From contig NC_068996.1 in NCBI RefSeq assembly GCF_001194135.2, forward strand, positions 25,614,642-25,678,641: 64,000 nt of DNA, given 5' to 3'. Under the pieces are notes generated by a model that had not been told where the DNA came from, did no database searches, and saw nothing but the letters and a program-made list of their open reading frames with translations. How positions within the stretch are numbered: position 1 is the stretch's first letter; each line of letters begins with the position of its first letter. The stretch is from Octopus bimaculoides. Lineage: Eukaryota. This document shows positions 36,501-48,935 of the stretch, in pieces. The translations under genes and the position numbers were made by a program.

Positions 36501-37211
36501 CACTCACTCCAATCATTCTTCTCTAGAACTGCACTAAATCTAGCCATCTTAAACCATTTCCTCTAGTATACAAGTAAAATATAAAAGCAATGGATAATTT
36601 TTGTAAAATTTTGTTTTGGTCTCCAAAATTAAGTTTATATAATGGACAGATGTTTGAAACATGTTAGAAAGTAGTATAAGAGGAGGCAGTTTGTCATTTC
36701 AAACATGGACTAAGTGGGGTATTTGAGAAATATGTTTGTTCATTAGCATCATTGTTTTAATTATCTCACATGTTACAATGACCTGCAACACAACATATTG
36801 GCAGCATTCAGCTAGTTCTTTCGTATTCTTGTCTGTGAAACCCAGTGTTCTGAGATCTGACATTATCATTTCTTCCCTTAAGTCATTTTAAACACTAAAA
36901 CTGTCTTAGAATAAACACACTCTAATAAAGGAAAAAGTCTTATGTATCATTATGTTAATTAATGGATACTGCTAATGTACATGACTACATTATTCCCTAT
37001 ACTTTCTTTTTCTTTTCTCTCTCTATAACTTTGTTAGTTTGTATCTAACCTTTTGTAGCAGTTGAGGGAAATTTTCATTAACTGAATTTAGTGACTTTTG
37101 ATTTTTATTTTGCAATGATATGTATGTGTTGTATATAATTACTGTAAAACAAAGACTTAGAAGCAGAAGTTGTGACATAAGATGATAGATATGAGGACTA
37201 GAATAGATTAA

Positions 37212-37427
37212 CCCTTTTGTTACCATATTTCTGTTAAACTGTACTGCCTTTGTTTCAATTAATTTTGAAAATGATGGAGAATTTAGTGAAATAACTTTGT
37301 CATTAAGTTGGTGTAAGGAACATAAATTATCGAGAAATTTTGGAAGATTTTTACTTAGATCACTTTAAAACAAGAAATTTGTATCATAGAATGAGGGGCA
37401 GTCTTAGGTGGGTTGGTATCAAAAGGG
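37212..37427. mobile_element. piggyBac-like MITE family A, complete 216-bp copy
   Basis: TTAA|CCCTTTTGTTACCA...TGGTATCAAAAGGG|TTAA; 14-bp TIR with 1 mismatch, TTAA on both sides. Confidence 0.9.
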
Positions 37428-38787
37428 TTAAAAAAGCTGAGGTTGTTGAGCAAGTGAATGAATATTACGAAAAATATAAAATGAATTGTTGGGTTGTGAT
37501 ATTGACATGTAGCTTGAAAGTTGGAATTAATAGGGAAGGTGATTGATAATGGGAAATTCCTTATGCGACAGTGTTGAAGAGAACACAATGATGAACAGTT
37601 AATCTTGCAAATTTAAAGGAATTAGTAAATTCACCATCATCTTCTCTATGCTTGTATGGGTCTAGTGGAGATTATGAGGCAGTTTTTCTACAAATGGATG
37701 CGCTTCCCATTACTAACCTTCACCAATTTTCAAACAAGGTAATATTTCCTTGAGGTTGGACATGTTTTTTGCTGGATACTGGAAATGAATGATACTGCTT
37801 GTATGATAGTGACATTCATTTACTATTATCACATGATGTCAAAGAAACACTCACTCTTAAATACATTCACTCATGAGCACATGTACATGACCCCCCCNNN
37901 NNNNNNNNNNNNNNNNNNNNNNNNNNNNNNNNNNNNNNNNNNNNNNNNNNNNNNNNNNNNNNNNNNNNNNNNNNNNNNNNNNNNNNNNNNNNNNNNNNNN
38001 NNNNNNNNNNNNNNNNNNNNNNNNNNNNNNNNNNNNNNNNNNNNNNNNNNNNNNNNNNNNNNNNNNNNNNNNNNNNNNNNNNNNNNNNNNNNNNNNNNNN
38101 NNNNNNNNNNNNNNNNNNNNNNNNNNNNNNNNNNNNNNNNNNNNNNNNNNNNNNNNNNNNNNNNNNNNNNNNNNNNNNNNNNNNNNNNNNNNNNNNNNNN
38201 NNNNNNNNNNNNNNNNNNNNNNNNNNNNNNNNNNNNNNNNNNNNNNNNNNNNNNNNNNNNNNNNNNNNNNNNNNNNNNNNNNNNNNNNNNNNNNNNNNNN
38301 NNNNNNNNNNNNNNNNNNNNNNNNNNNNNNNNNNNNNNNNNNNNNNNNNNNNNNNNNNNNNNNNNNNNNNNNNNNNNNNNNNNNNNNNNNNNNNNNNNNN
38401 NNNNNNNNNNNNNNNNNNNNNNNNNNNNNNNNNNNNNNNNNNNNNNNNNNNNNNNNNNNNNNNNNNNNNNNNNNNNNNNNNNNNNNNNNNNNNNNNNNNN
38501 NNNNNNNNNNNNNNNNNNNNNNNNNNNNNNNNNNNNNNNNNNNNNNNNNNNNNNNNNNNNNNNNNNNNNNNNNNNNNNNNNNNNNNNNNNNNNNNNNNNN
38601 NNNNNNNNNNNNNNNNNNNNNNNNNNNNNNNNNNNNNNNNNNNNNNNNNNNNNNNNNNNNNNNNNNNNNNNNNNNNNNNNNNNNNNNNNNNNNNNNNNNN
38701 NNNNNNNNNNNNNNNNNNNNNNNNATATATATATATATATATATAATTTTAGGTAATAATTTTAATTTGACTGTATGAAACTTTTGA

Positions 38788-38985
38788 CCCTTTAGCATTC
38801 AGATTTCTTTGGTCAAATTTATTGCTTATATATTCACATTGTCTTGGATTAACCATGCATTATCTCATAGCTTTGAGATCTCAATGGTGTGCTTGTATAT
38901 TTTTAGAATGACATTGTAGGGTAGGTGTAAGAGGCCATATCTGGCCAGTTTCAACATAAAACAGAATATTCAGGCTGCTAAAGGG
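38788..38985. mobile_element. piggyBac-like MITE family B
   Basis: TTGA|CCCTTTAGCA...TGCTAAAGGG|TTAA; perfect 10-bp TIR, internal sequence unrelated to family A. Confidence 0.85.
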
Positions 38986-41900
38986 TTAAAAAATATACCC
39001 TCTACTAATCATTGTACATACATTGGTGCACCATTGAACTGTGATCCTTTGTCTACTCTATAGCTGTTGCATTTTCTACTTTTATTTGATGTTTTTGATT
39101 TATTTGCTGGACTCAGTTTTTGTCTTGTCATTACTTCTGTACTTTTCCACTGAGGTCTTTTGCATAATATCCTGCCCTCCCAATTTGCAGCCCACTGGAC
39201 TTCCTATTTACTTATCTATCCCTCTGTACTTTTATAAACTCTGTCACTCAGTCAACACATTTAGCATTATTAAATTCATTACCACTAAATTGTAGGAGCT
39301 TTGTTTGTCAATTAGGTTCTGTCTTTTCTTAGACTAAATAATGAAATACTAGTAATTGGATTTAGGTTACATCCTTCAAGGATTTTAGTTGATCAAATTG
39401 ATCCCAGTTACTTATTCCAGGCTATTTTATTGGTCTTGTCTGACTGCTAAGTTATGAGATGTAGAAGAACACAACATAAAACTTAGGTTTGAACATGTGT
39501 GTGTGTGTTGGCTTCTGTTTATTTTTCATTCATCAGGTATGGTCATCTAAATGGTTTAGTAGACATTTTCCTAGGTGCCATAGTGTGGAATTGAACCTAG
39601 AGCCACATGTTTGCAAAGCAAACTTAATCACACAGCCATGCCTGAGCCTATGGATTACAGGTCATTGCTAAAAGCATTACAGGTTGTTGCTAAGGCCGTA
39701 ATAAACAAGTCAAAGTAAGATTATATCTTAGATGTTGCCATAAAACAAATGGCTGCACTTACAGTTGGACAGGTTGCCTGTCTTAGATATATATTATAAA
39801 TCAATGATGTTCTTTTTTGATGGATGATTAATTCTGTGGGTTAGGCTCTAGCAATTTTGGTCATTTGCTTTCACTATCTAAAGTAATTTAAGAGTTATAT
39901 TGGTCTTTTAAGACAATATTTATGTCTGTAAACAGGAAACGCCTGTATCAGCAGCAGTAGTAGTCATATAGATAGTTAAAAAATATAGTATCTGGTTGAA
40001 TGTTTGTTATAAGGCTCCTTTCTGCTTGTTGTCTTGTACCTTCTGAAGATGTTGGTGTATTTCTTGGATAAAGGAGTTATTTTCGATCAAGTCTAATGAG
40101 AAATTTTAAAATAGTGTTATTAATAAAGGTTGTGTGTGGTACTGGTTGGAAGCTTTGTTTGACAAGGATATGTTTTAGCTATGGTGCTGATAATTTTACC
40201 ATATGGAGTAAAAATATATTAACATTTGAATTAGGTTGGCTGGAAAATTTGCTAAATCTTCATTAGACATTAAATTGAAAAGATTATTTCATTTAAAGTT
40301 CAGATAAACAGATTAAAGAAACTTGTATGATTTTTAGATGCGATTTTAATGTGAATTTGATGAGAAACTATTACATCTGTTCTTATAAGTAAACTTAATC
40401 ATTAACAATTTCAAGTTAAATGTTGAATACAAAAATTAAATTCTTGTTTGTTGAGAGTGAATTTGTAAGATTTAAATCTCAGAAGGCTAAGTCTTGTAGG
40501 AAAAGGAAGCTCAGGTGGAGAAGTTATGTCAACCCCTCTAAACATGGGCTGAAACTTTATCCCCCTATTTTGATATTTGGAATGAGTTTTAACCAAGAAA
40601 TATATTCAGTGTGTTACTAGGTAAAAACACAGTTGCACTGTAAAGACTTGATGTTTATTAAGCACATTTATTTATTTTTGAAACTTGTTATATTAAAACT
40701 CTACTTAGGTAAGTAAATACCTACTTCATTACTGGTCTTCTTTAATTTTATTTTATCCTGTCTACTTATTTTAAGTTATTAACCATTTAGCATTTATGAT
40801 ACTATTGAAATTTATATATATAACACACACACGCATGTATACATGCTCTGACAACTGTGTCACTACTGTCTTTATCTTGTTTCCAGCTATTCATACCCAC
40901 CCTTATGTAATGTGGGGTAACCATGTGCTTGTCCTGCTATCATACTTTAGTCTAGACACCTGGCATAATTCAATCCCAACTTGTTAAATACATTCCTACT
41001 CAACTGATGGGATTTTTTCTTTTCTTGTCCTTTAACTTAATTGACAACCTTACTAGTGCCTTTGTCATGAAAAAAAAAGCATCTAGTACACAATAAGGCA
41101 CTTGATGTTAAGAAGGGAATCCAGCCATAGAAATTATACCAAAGCTGATGATGAAACTTGATGCATCCTTGGGCCCATTGAATTTTGTGAAATGCCCAAC
41201 CCATACAAGCATGGAAAAGACATTAAATCTTTATATATATATATATATTTAGATACACACACACATATACTGTTTCTGTTGCAAATGATATTTGGTACCT
41301 CATAATTTTTGGCTATGTTATCAGTCCCATTTCAGATATCTTGTATTCTCCTTACAATGGCTTTCTGCTTCAGGGTTGAAAGTGTACTCCATCTTCCAAC
41401 AGTTGCTAAGTCTCTTCAAAGATCAGTTGAAATACTCAGTGGAGTATTATTCACATATCTAGGACTGTGATGCTGCTACATAAACATTCTAGACCACATT
41501 CAAAGAAAGGTCATTCAACTGATAGAAATGAAGCCGATCAATGTTGTTGATTTTTTTTTCATCCACAGATATGTTGTCTTCTCTCTGCCTTTCTTATCTC
41601 TCCAAAAACCTCTGCCTCTCAGTGATGTTTGGTTCCCTGTCACCTCTACTCAAGTGCTCTTGACACCTCATCTTTCCTCTTATCATCACTTATATTTTGC
41701 CTAGACCCTGCAATTGCCACCAGAATGTCAACCATCTGAAATCCTCTCCCAGCACAAGTTTTTCCTGCAGCTGCTTGACTTGCAGCAGTTCAAAGGAGTC
41801 TGTGTAAACCAGGATCACAGTCTCTTCCTCCAGAACTGTCTTATGATGATATTAATAATAATAATAATAATAATAAAAATCTTTTTCTAATGGTGAGACT

Positions 41901-42660
41901 CATTTGATAAAGCTATAAATAATAGCATGTAGTATATACGGTTAAAAAGTTCTCTTGGATGGAAAAAGTTGAAAGATGCTTGTGGGACTTGAACCTGCAT
42001 CTATAAATATGAGACATTCTACTATTATAACCAAAGCAAACCTTTGAATTTTTTCCATCCATTTTAACTTTGCTTTCACCAGTGAGACTTGTATGTTGTT
42101 TACCTCATGAATTTAGAAGCTTCAAGAGATATCTAGTTTTTACATTTTTATAGCTTAAAAAAATTCTATTTGTGTAAACTCTGAGACTACCACAGCATCT
42201 GCTAGGGACACCCCCCCCAAAAAAAAATTTACTTACTCTAAATTACATCCAAATTGAAGAGTTTTTCAGACTTTTGCTCTGTTTTCCTAGAATGTCTATC
42301 CATCCTCAATAACATATAATGTCAAGGTTTGGTAGAATACTTGTACAAAGCCAAGATACTCATTTTAAAATTATGCAAAATTTAATGTTTTGTTCCTTAC
42401 CTCCTCTCCAACCAATATTAAGTTGAGCTTGTTGTACCTATTCTGTATAATTCTGGATTCTTTAAATCATGTGGGAGTGAGGAAATTGGTATAATTGAAA
42501 TTGTGCATGAACTGTAAAGATGTTTTGCATTTTGTACTTTATTACATGTTTCTGGAGGTTCTTGTAACTTTTTCAGTTTTGTTTTTTTTACATTGATTGC
42601 TTTTTTCCCTTATATCTTGATAATTTAGATGATACTGAATTTTTGTTGTGATACTTATGT

Positions 42661-42848
42661 CTTCGTTTCAGTTAGTTTAGGAAATAAGGAAGAACTTATT
42701 AAAATGACCTTGTCATTATTAAACTGGTATTTGCTGCATAAATTGGCATGAATTTTGGATGGGTGGTTTTAATTTACATCACTTTAAAACATAATTTTCA
42801 TCATAAAATTAAAGGTGGTTTCAGGTGGATTGGTATAAAAAGGGTTGA
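42661..42848. mobile_element. piggyBac-like MITE family A, 5'-truncated copy
   Basis: Matches the 3' two-thirds of 37212-37427, ending GGTATAAAAAGGGTTGA. Confidence 0.7.
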
Positions 42849-43007
42849 GGAGATAAAACTTTCTCTCGATCACTTGAAAAATAGTGCCCCAGACTTTAGA
42901 TGGCAACATCACTGGAGCTTATTTTTCTGGTGTAGTCAGGGTGAAGACAGAACAAACACTTCACCCCTCCACCACCACTACCAACCACAGTACTACAACC
43001 ATTGTCA

Positions 43008-43349
43008 TCTATATATATAAAAATGAGAATGTCTGTTTGTCTGTTTATCTGTCTGTCTGTCTGTCTGTGTGAATCCCTAAAACTCGAGAACTACGCAACC
43101 AATTTCATTCAAATTTTACACATGCCTTACTTAGGGTTCCAGTTGTGTTTTAGTCAAAAAAAATTAATTTCTTGCAGAGTTCAAGCACACGGCAACATAA
43201 TATCTCCTCCACTATTTAAGTATTACGTGTCAAAAGTGAAACAAAAACACTCATGTCAAATACTTTCACTTTAAAAATGAAACTATTCCACTAACTGAAA
43301 CAATCACATTTCGATACTGTAGTGACAGATACTTTCACAGAGAGAGAAA
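43008..43349 (+). mobile_element. Non-autonomous Helitron-type element, 5' part (runs into gap)
   Basis: A|TCTATATATATAAAAATGAG start followed by a (TCTG)n microsatellite, typical of non-autonomous Helitron-type families. Confidence 0.6.
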
Positions 43350-44398
43350 GAGAGAGACAGAAAGAGAGANNNNNNNNNNNNNNNNNNNNNNNNNNNNNNN
43401 NNNNNNNNNNNNNNNNNNNNNNNNNNNNNNNNNNNNNNNNNNNNNNNNNNNNNNNNNNNNNNNNNNNNNNNNNNNNNNNNNNNNNNNNNNNNNNNNNNNN
43501 NNNNNNNNNNNNNNNNNNNNNNNNNNNNNNNNNNNNNNNNNNNNNNNNNNNNNNNNNNNNNNNNNNNNNNNNNNNNNNNNNNNNNNNNNNNNNNNNNNNN
43601 NNNNNNNNNNNNNNNNNNNNNNNNNNNNNNNNNNNNNNNNNNNNNNNNNNNNNNNNNNNNNNNNNNNNNNNNNNNNNNNNNNNNNNNNNNNNNNNNNNNN
43701 NNNNNNNNNNNNNNNNNNNNNNNNNNNNNNNNNNNNNNNNNNNNNNNNNNNNNNNNNNNNNNNNNNNNNNNNNNNNNNNNNNNNNNNNNNNNNNNNNNNN
43801 NNNNNNNNNNNNNNNNNNNNNNNNNNNNNNNNNNNNNNNNNNNNNNNNNNNNNNNNNNNNNNNNNNNNNNNNNNNNNNNNNNNNNNNNNNNNNNNNNNNN
43901 NNNNNNNNNNNNNNNNNNNNNNNNNNNNNNNNNNNNNNNNNNNNNNNNNNNNNNNNNNNNNNNNNNNNNNNNNNNNNNNNNNNNNNNNNNNNNNNNNNNN
44001 NNNNNNNNNNNNNNNNNNNNNNNNNNNNNNNNNNNNNNNNNNNNNNNNNNNNNNNNNNNNNNNNNNNNNNNNNNNNNNNNNNNNNNNNNNNNNNNNNNNN
44101 GTCCATAAACAAATATCAGGGTCAAACACTGTCTGTAGCTGGTCTTCTCTTGGAAGAGCCCTGCTTCTCACATGGACAACTGTATGTTGGCTGCTCAAGA
44201 GTGGGCAGCAACAAAAAACCTGTTTGTATATGCTCCACAAGGGAAAACAAGGAACATAGTTTACAATGAGGTGTTATAATCAAAACAGCAAGAAAGTATG
44301 TACATGATCACCTTCTTTTATGAAACTTCATTGACTTTCATATATTTATATTGATATACATATATATACGTGTGTTTGGGTGCGTGTGTGTATATACA

Positions 44399-44489
44399 TC
44401 TCTATATATAAAGATGATGCGTAGTCTAGACGGCGTTTTTAGATTTCATTATTCTCTTTAACCCGGGCAACGCCGGGTATTTCTGCTAG
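44399..44489 (+). mobile_element. Minimal 91-bp Helitron-type element
   Basis: A|TC start, subterminal hairpin ACCCGGGCAACGCCGGGT (44461-44478), CTAG|T end, AT target without TSD. Confidence 0.75.
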
Positions 44490-44982
44490 TTATCTCTAAA
44501 ATTAGACAAGTGTCATCTTCGTCGTTAGTACCACTAACTGTCAAGGGGACTTATAGATTATTGCTCACTCTGTTAGAAATATCTGGCAAATCTCCCTCCT
44601 GGAATAAACATGGTATATTGGAATGTAGTTGCTGGTATAGAGAAAAAGTTGGTTATAGCTAGAGTACCACCATTGATCATAAGCTTGCTTGCTAAGGCCT
44701 GTCGTGGAGCTAACAAACAGCACCATTGCAACTGTAACATAACATCATTAGTATTGTTTATTACATTTAGTTTTCCATGCTTGCATGATTCAGATGAGAG
44801 CACATTGAGGCAGATTTTCTGTATCTTTCCTGTCACTAACCTCTGCTTAATTTCTAAATGAGGTAATAATTTCTCAGTCTAATAAACAAACAGCTCCATC
44901 ATGGTTTATATAGAGAACTGGAAACAAATAAAACTATTTTAGAGACCTTTTGTTTACAAACACAATCACATACATGTATGTA

Positions 44983-45018
<36 letters not shown>

Positions 45019-45152
45019 ATAATGATAATAATAAATAATTTGGATAAATAAGTGTTAGTCGATTAGTGTGTTTAAAAGTTGAGTAGAGCACCAACACAGT
45101 ATAGGCTACCTGTTGTCATGCGCAGTCTGTAGTGAGACCTATCTTTTTCGAT

Positions 45153-45195
45153 GTATCTGATGAGACCTAGACTGATGGGTCAAAACATGTGGTAC
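45153..45195 (+). ncRNA. Degenerate minimal type I hammerhead ribozyme motif (Penelope-like relic)
   Basis: GTAT-CTGATGA-GACCTA(GACTGA)TGGGTC-AAA-ACATGT-G-GTAC. All three stems are present; G12 is A and the cleavage base is G. Confidence 0.55.
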
Positions 45196-45689
45196 CCAGT
45201 AAAGATTTAATACTGAATCCATCTCTTGTTATTTAATATTATATATATATGTATGTATATANNNNNNNNNNNNNNNNNNNNNNNNNNNNNNNNNNNNNNN
45301 NNNNNNNNNNNNNNNNNNNNNNNNNNNNNNNNNNNNNNNNNNNNNNNNNNNNNNNNNNNNNTGTATGTATATATATGTATGTATGTATGTATGTATATAT
45401 ATATATATACACATATACGCGCATCCGACAACCTTCTTCAGTGTCCATCTATGAAATTCATTCACAAGACTTTGGTTGCTACAGAGTTATTGTAGAAGAC
45501 AGCCAAGGTGTCACACAGTAGGACTTAATCTGAAACCATGAAGGCGTGAAGCAAGCTTGTTGACCACATAGCCATGTACCTCGATAAGAGATTTTAAAAT
45601 ACCTATATAATTACTGTGGCACTCATTAATTTTGTAACATGATGTATATTTTTTCTTTAAACTTACATAATAAGATACATAACATAAAG

Positions 45690-45900
45690 AATGGGATGAT
45701 GGTTCTTTGGATGGAGCAGGTTTGGGTTACAATTTCTTGGCTAGAGCAGGCTTGGAGCATGATTCATTGGGTGGAGCAGGCTGGTGGCATGATTCCTTGG
45801 GTGGGGTAGGCCAGGGTGACGATTATGAGGGTGGAGCAGGTTAGGTGATGATGGTGATTATTCAGGCGGAGCAGGCTGATGGTGTGATGATGATTCTTCA
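45690..45900. repeat. Degenerate 30-bp minisatellite
   Basis: GG.GGAGCAGG-like units end at 45720, 45750, 45780, 45810, 45840 and 45875. Confidence 0.85.
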
Positions 45901-47559
45901 AGTGACTCTTCTTTCTAAGCAGGTACTTTGAGAAATTCTAAATTAAATGATAGGAAATTAGTACACTGAGTATAAGTTAATAACCATATCAAAGAAAAAA
46001 TATATTTGCTGCAATTAATAGAGATGACAGGGTATTGGTTGTATCTTGACACTACTTGCATCTTTCATGGGACAGTTTTCTCTATTTCCAGTTCACTGAT
46101 TTGTGATTTACTGTGCTAAGGGGAACACCCACAACATATTGTTATGATGGAGTATTAAAGGCTCTCCTATCAGTATTTTTCTCCTCCAGTCTTGTCTCTT
46201 ATATTTTTTGAACTAAATATCTGTACACTACATTTACAATTTATCTATAATAATAAAAGCGAAATTCTGTCTGTCAGTCTGGGACCCCTGTATCTCAGCC
46301 TACATTGGCTCTCCATAGGCATATACCTTGTAGGAATTTGGATGATCCCACGATTGAAAATCTCCCCTTCATTTGGTTCTTGAACATCTAGCATTGGGAT
46401 CTGATTTAAAAGCATTTGGGTTGCTATTTCTAGCTGGTAAAACTTGGCTATTTCATGCCATCTTGGTGGTGTTTGTCAGATGACGTCAGAGATCAAGGGG
46501 GAGATAAATGACATTTGCTTCATTAATTTTATGTCGAGATGAGAACTTTGGAACAAATTGGCCAACTGTTGGAATTCAACTTGGGATTGGAACAATAAAA
46601 TGAGTGTATTACAGAATTATCCTCTGATCAAACACCATTGGGGCATATAGTCATTATGAACATATTATAGTCATGCTGTTTAGCCCTCTTTAGTTTTGGG
46701 CTGTAGGCCCAATTAGCCCTCTGCAGAAGCTAGCTTAAAAGTCTGTACAGATGTCAGAGATCAAGGGGGAGCTTTTAAGCTAGTCTCTCATATAAAGTTT
46801 GTAGTAGGCTCTCAAGCAATCATCATCAGCATGTAGCTTGATACATATTACTTAAGCAAAATACACAAGGTATGATTTGTTTGAAGGTTAGGGTGATGTT
46901 GGATAACATGCAGGTATGAGCATCATCATCATCATCATCATCATTTAAACATCCGTTTTCCATGCTGGCATTGGTTGGACAGTTAGACAAGAGCTGCCCA
47001 GGCTCTAGGGTGAATTTTTGTATCTCTATCAAAAAGACAATTCATCTGACAATTTGGTTCCTAATCTTTTCAGAAATGGTATTTTGATGGAAGATATGTT
47101 GTAACTTTGTGATCATATTAGAAATAAAACCTGTGCAACATTCAGCATTCCATTATCAATGAGAATAACACCATGAAACTGCCTTATTTATAGAATGTTT
47201 TGCTGGTGGAAACAGCTGTTCATTGCTTTATGCTGATTTAATGTAAATGCTAGAGAAGATATTGTTTGTAGGTCTCCTCAGGTTTGTCATGTTATTGATT
47301 AAAAGGTGATAGCTTATTGATTGCTTTTTTTTCCATAGAATTATAAGCAGATAAGATAGTACTGAATAAAGATATTCTTCTCTGAAGTATCACAAAGGTA
47401 TATATATTTTCATAAAGAATTGTACTTTACTCAGTCACTAAAATAGTAATATTCAGATGTTAGTAAGTTTTATCTAAAACCCATTCAACTTTTTGTATAG
47501 TGTTGGGTAGGTTAGGGCAAATTCAATTTAGATGGAAGTAGATTTTATTTGATTTAGTT

Positions 47560-48935
47560 AAAAGTTGTCAATATTTTTAATGTTTACATAGCTTGAATGA
47601 GTCTTCTTCTGTACAGTACAGTACTTCACCACAATCATTTTTGTGAGGTTCACCTTTTAGACCAAATCTTACTCTGCCACAGGTTCCTTCCACTAGAGTT
47701 GCTCAGCACTTATCAGCATTATTGCAGTCTTCCCTTTTCTACCTTACATATGATTCCTTTTATATGTGATTTTACTCTCAACTCATTTGTGCTTATGTAT
47801 AACATTACACCTTCAACAAAATCTGCTTGTCTTTGCATCCATCACTGTCCATGTCTTGTTAGTATGCACTGTCACACTTCAGATACTATAATCAGACCAT
47901 CTATCCATCACTCAGAAAAATAACCTCTTTGTTGCCAGCAGTAGTAATAGCTCTGAATTTTTCAACTCTATTCTTTGAGATTATTTAGGTAACTGATGCT
48001 ATTAACTTATATAAGGAGCCTTCTGAACATTTGGAAAATTTTCTTGGATGTTCTTGTTTACAATTTGCATACATAGATCCACTACATACAAAACCCTTCA
48101 CTATTACTCTGCCGGTAATTTCACTACATTTTTGTCCACCTATCGTTATTATTGGGTACATTAGAGTTCCTGCTTACTCATTTATTTTGCATGTCCAACT
48201 TGGTAATTTCCCAAATGGCAGTCTTGTCTTTAATGTTGATTAAAACTTTTGATTTTGTTCAGTTTACTTTGTCTCTTGCTTTCCTATTTGGAATTCTCTC
48301 TAATTCAGCTATGAGAACTAGGCCATTATCTAAAATTTCCCACAAGAAGCTGATCTTAAACTCCTGAGAGTTAAGAGTAAACTCTTGAGAACTATAATAA
48401 ACAGAAGTGGAGGAAAGAACTGAGCTCAGATGGACATTTATCTATTTACCCACAAGCTAAATTGCTTGCTGAACTAATTGCAAACTCTCACCTCTGACAG
48501 TGTCTCTGTATATGGCTTACATAGTTCTCAGAAGTCTTCCATCTACTCCATATTTTGTTAACACCCATCAGATTACAGTGTGTGGTAACTTGTCAAAAGC
48601 CTTTTCCAGGTTGATAAATGCTAAATATAATGGATTGTTTGTCACTAAGAACTTCTGTAAGTTGTTTCAACATGAAGAAATCAGTGGTACCCTATCCTAG
48701 TACAAATCCACACTGTATCTCACTTAAAGCAAACTCTCTTCTTGATCAGTTATACCATAATTCTTTATTATTTTCACAACTTGATCCATTTGTTTGTTAC
48801 CCATCTAATTGCTCTAGAAAGTGCTTTTATTTTGTCTCTTGTAGCTGATAACAATACTGCAACACCATGGAATTTGCATTGGCGCTATTTGTTTGATTAT
48901 ATTCACAAAAACCATGCCAAAATTGACCTCACCAG
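47560..48935 (-). mobile_element. Degenerate RTE LINE RT region
   Basis: Minus strand reads QKFLVTNNPLYLAFINLEKAFDKLP and SVLSSTSVYYS (cf. GSVLSPLLFII); the YADD position has decayed. Confidence 0.8.

Noticed and set aside
44573-44836. Minus ORF resembling PIF1/Helitron helicase motif I (LLAPRQALASKLMINGGTLAITNFFSIP)
   Set aside because: Lacks the Walker A G-K-T/S and other helicase motifs; similarity is too weak despite nearby Helitron ends.
1986-45521. Long ORFs in the track made of HT/VC/YI/LPTY repeats and X runs
   Set aside because: They are translations of microsatellites and N gaps, not genes.
48240-48270. FDFV motif as B56 core exon (CCVLFDFV)
   Set aside because: It lies in the antisense of the RTE relic and the flanking residues do not match B56.
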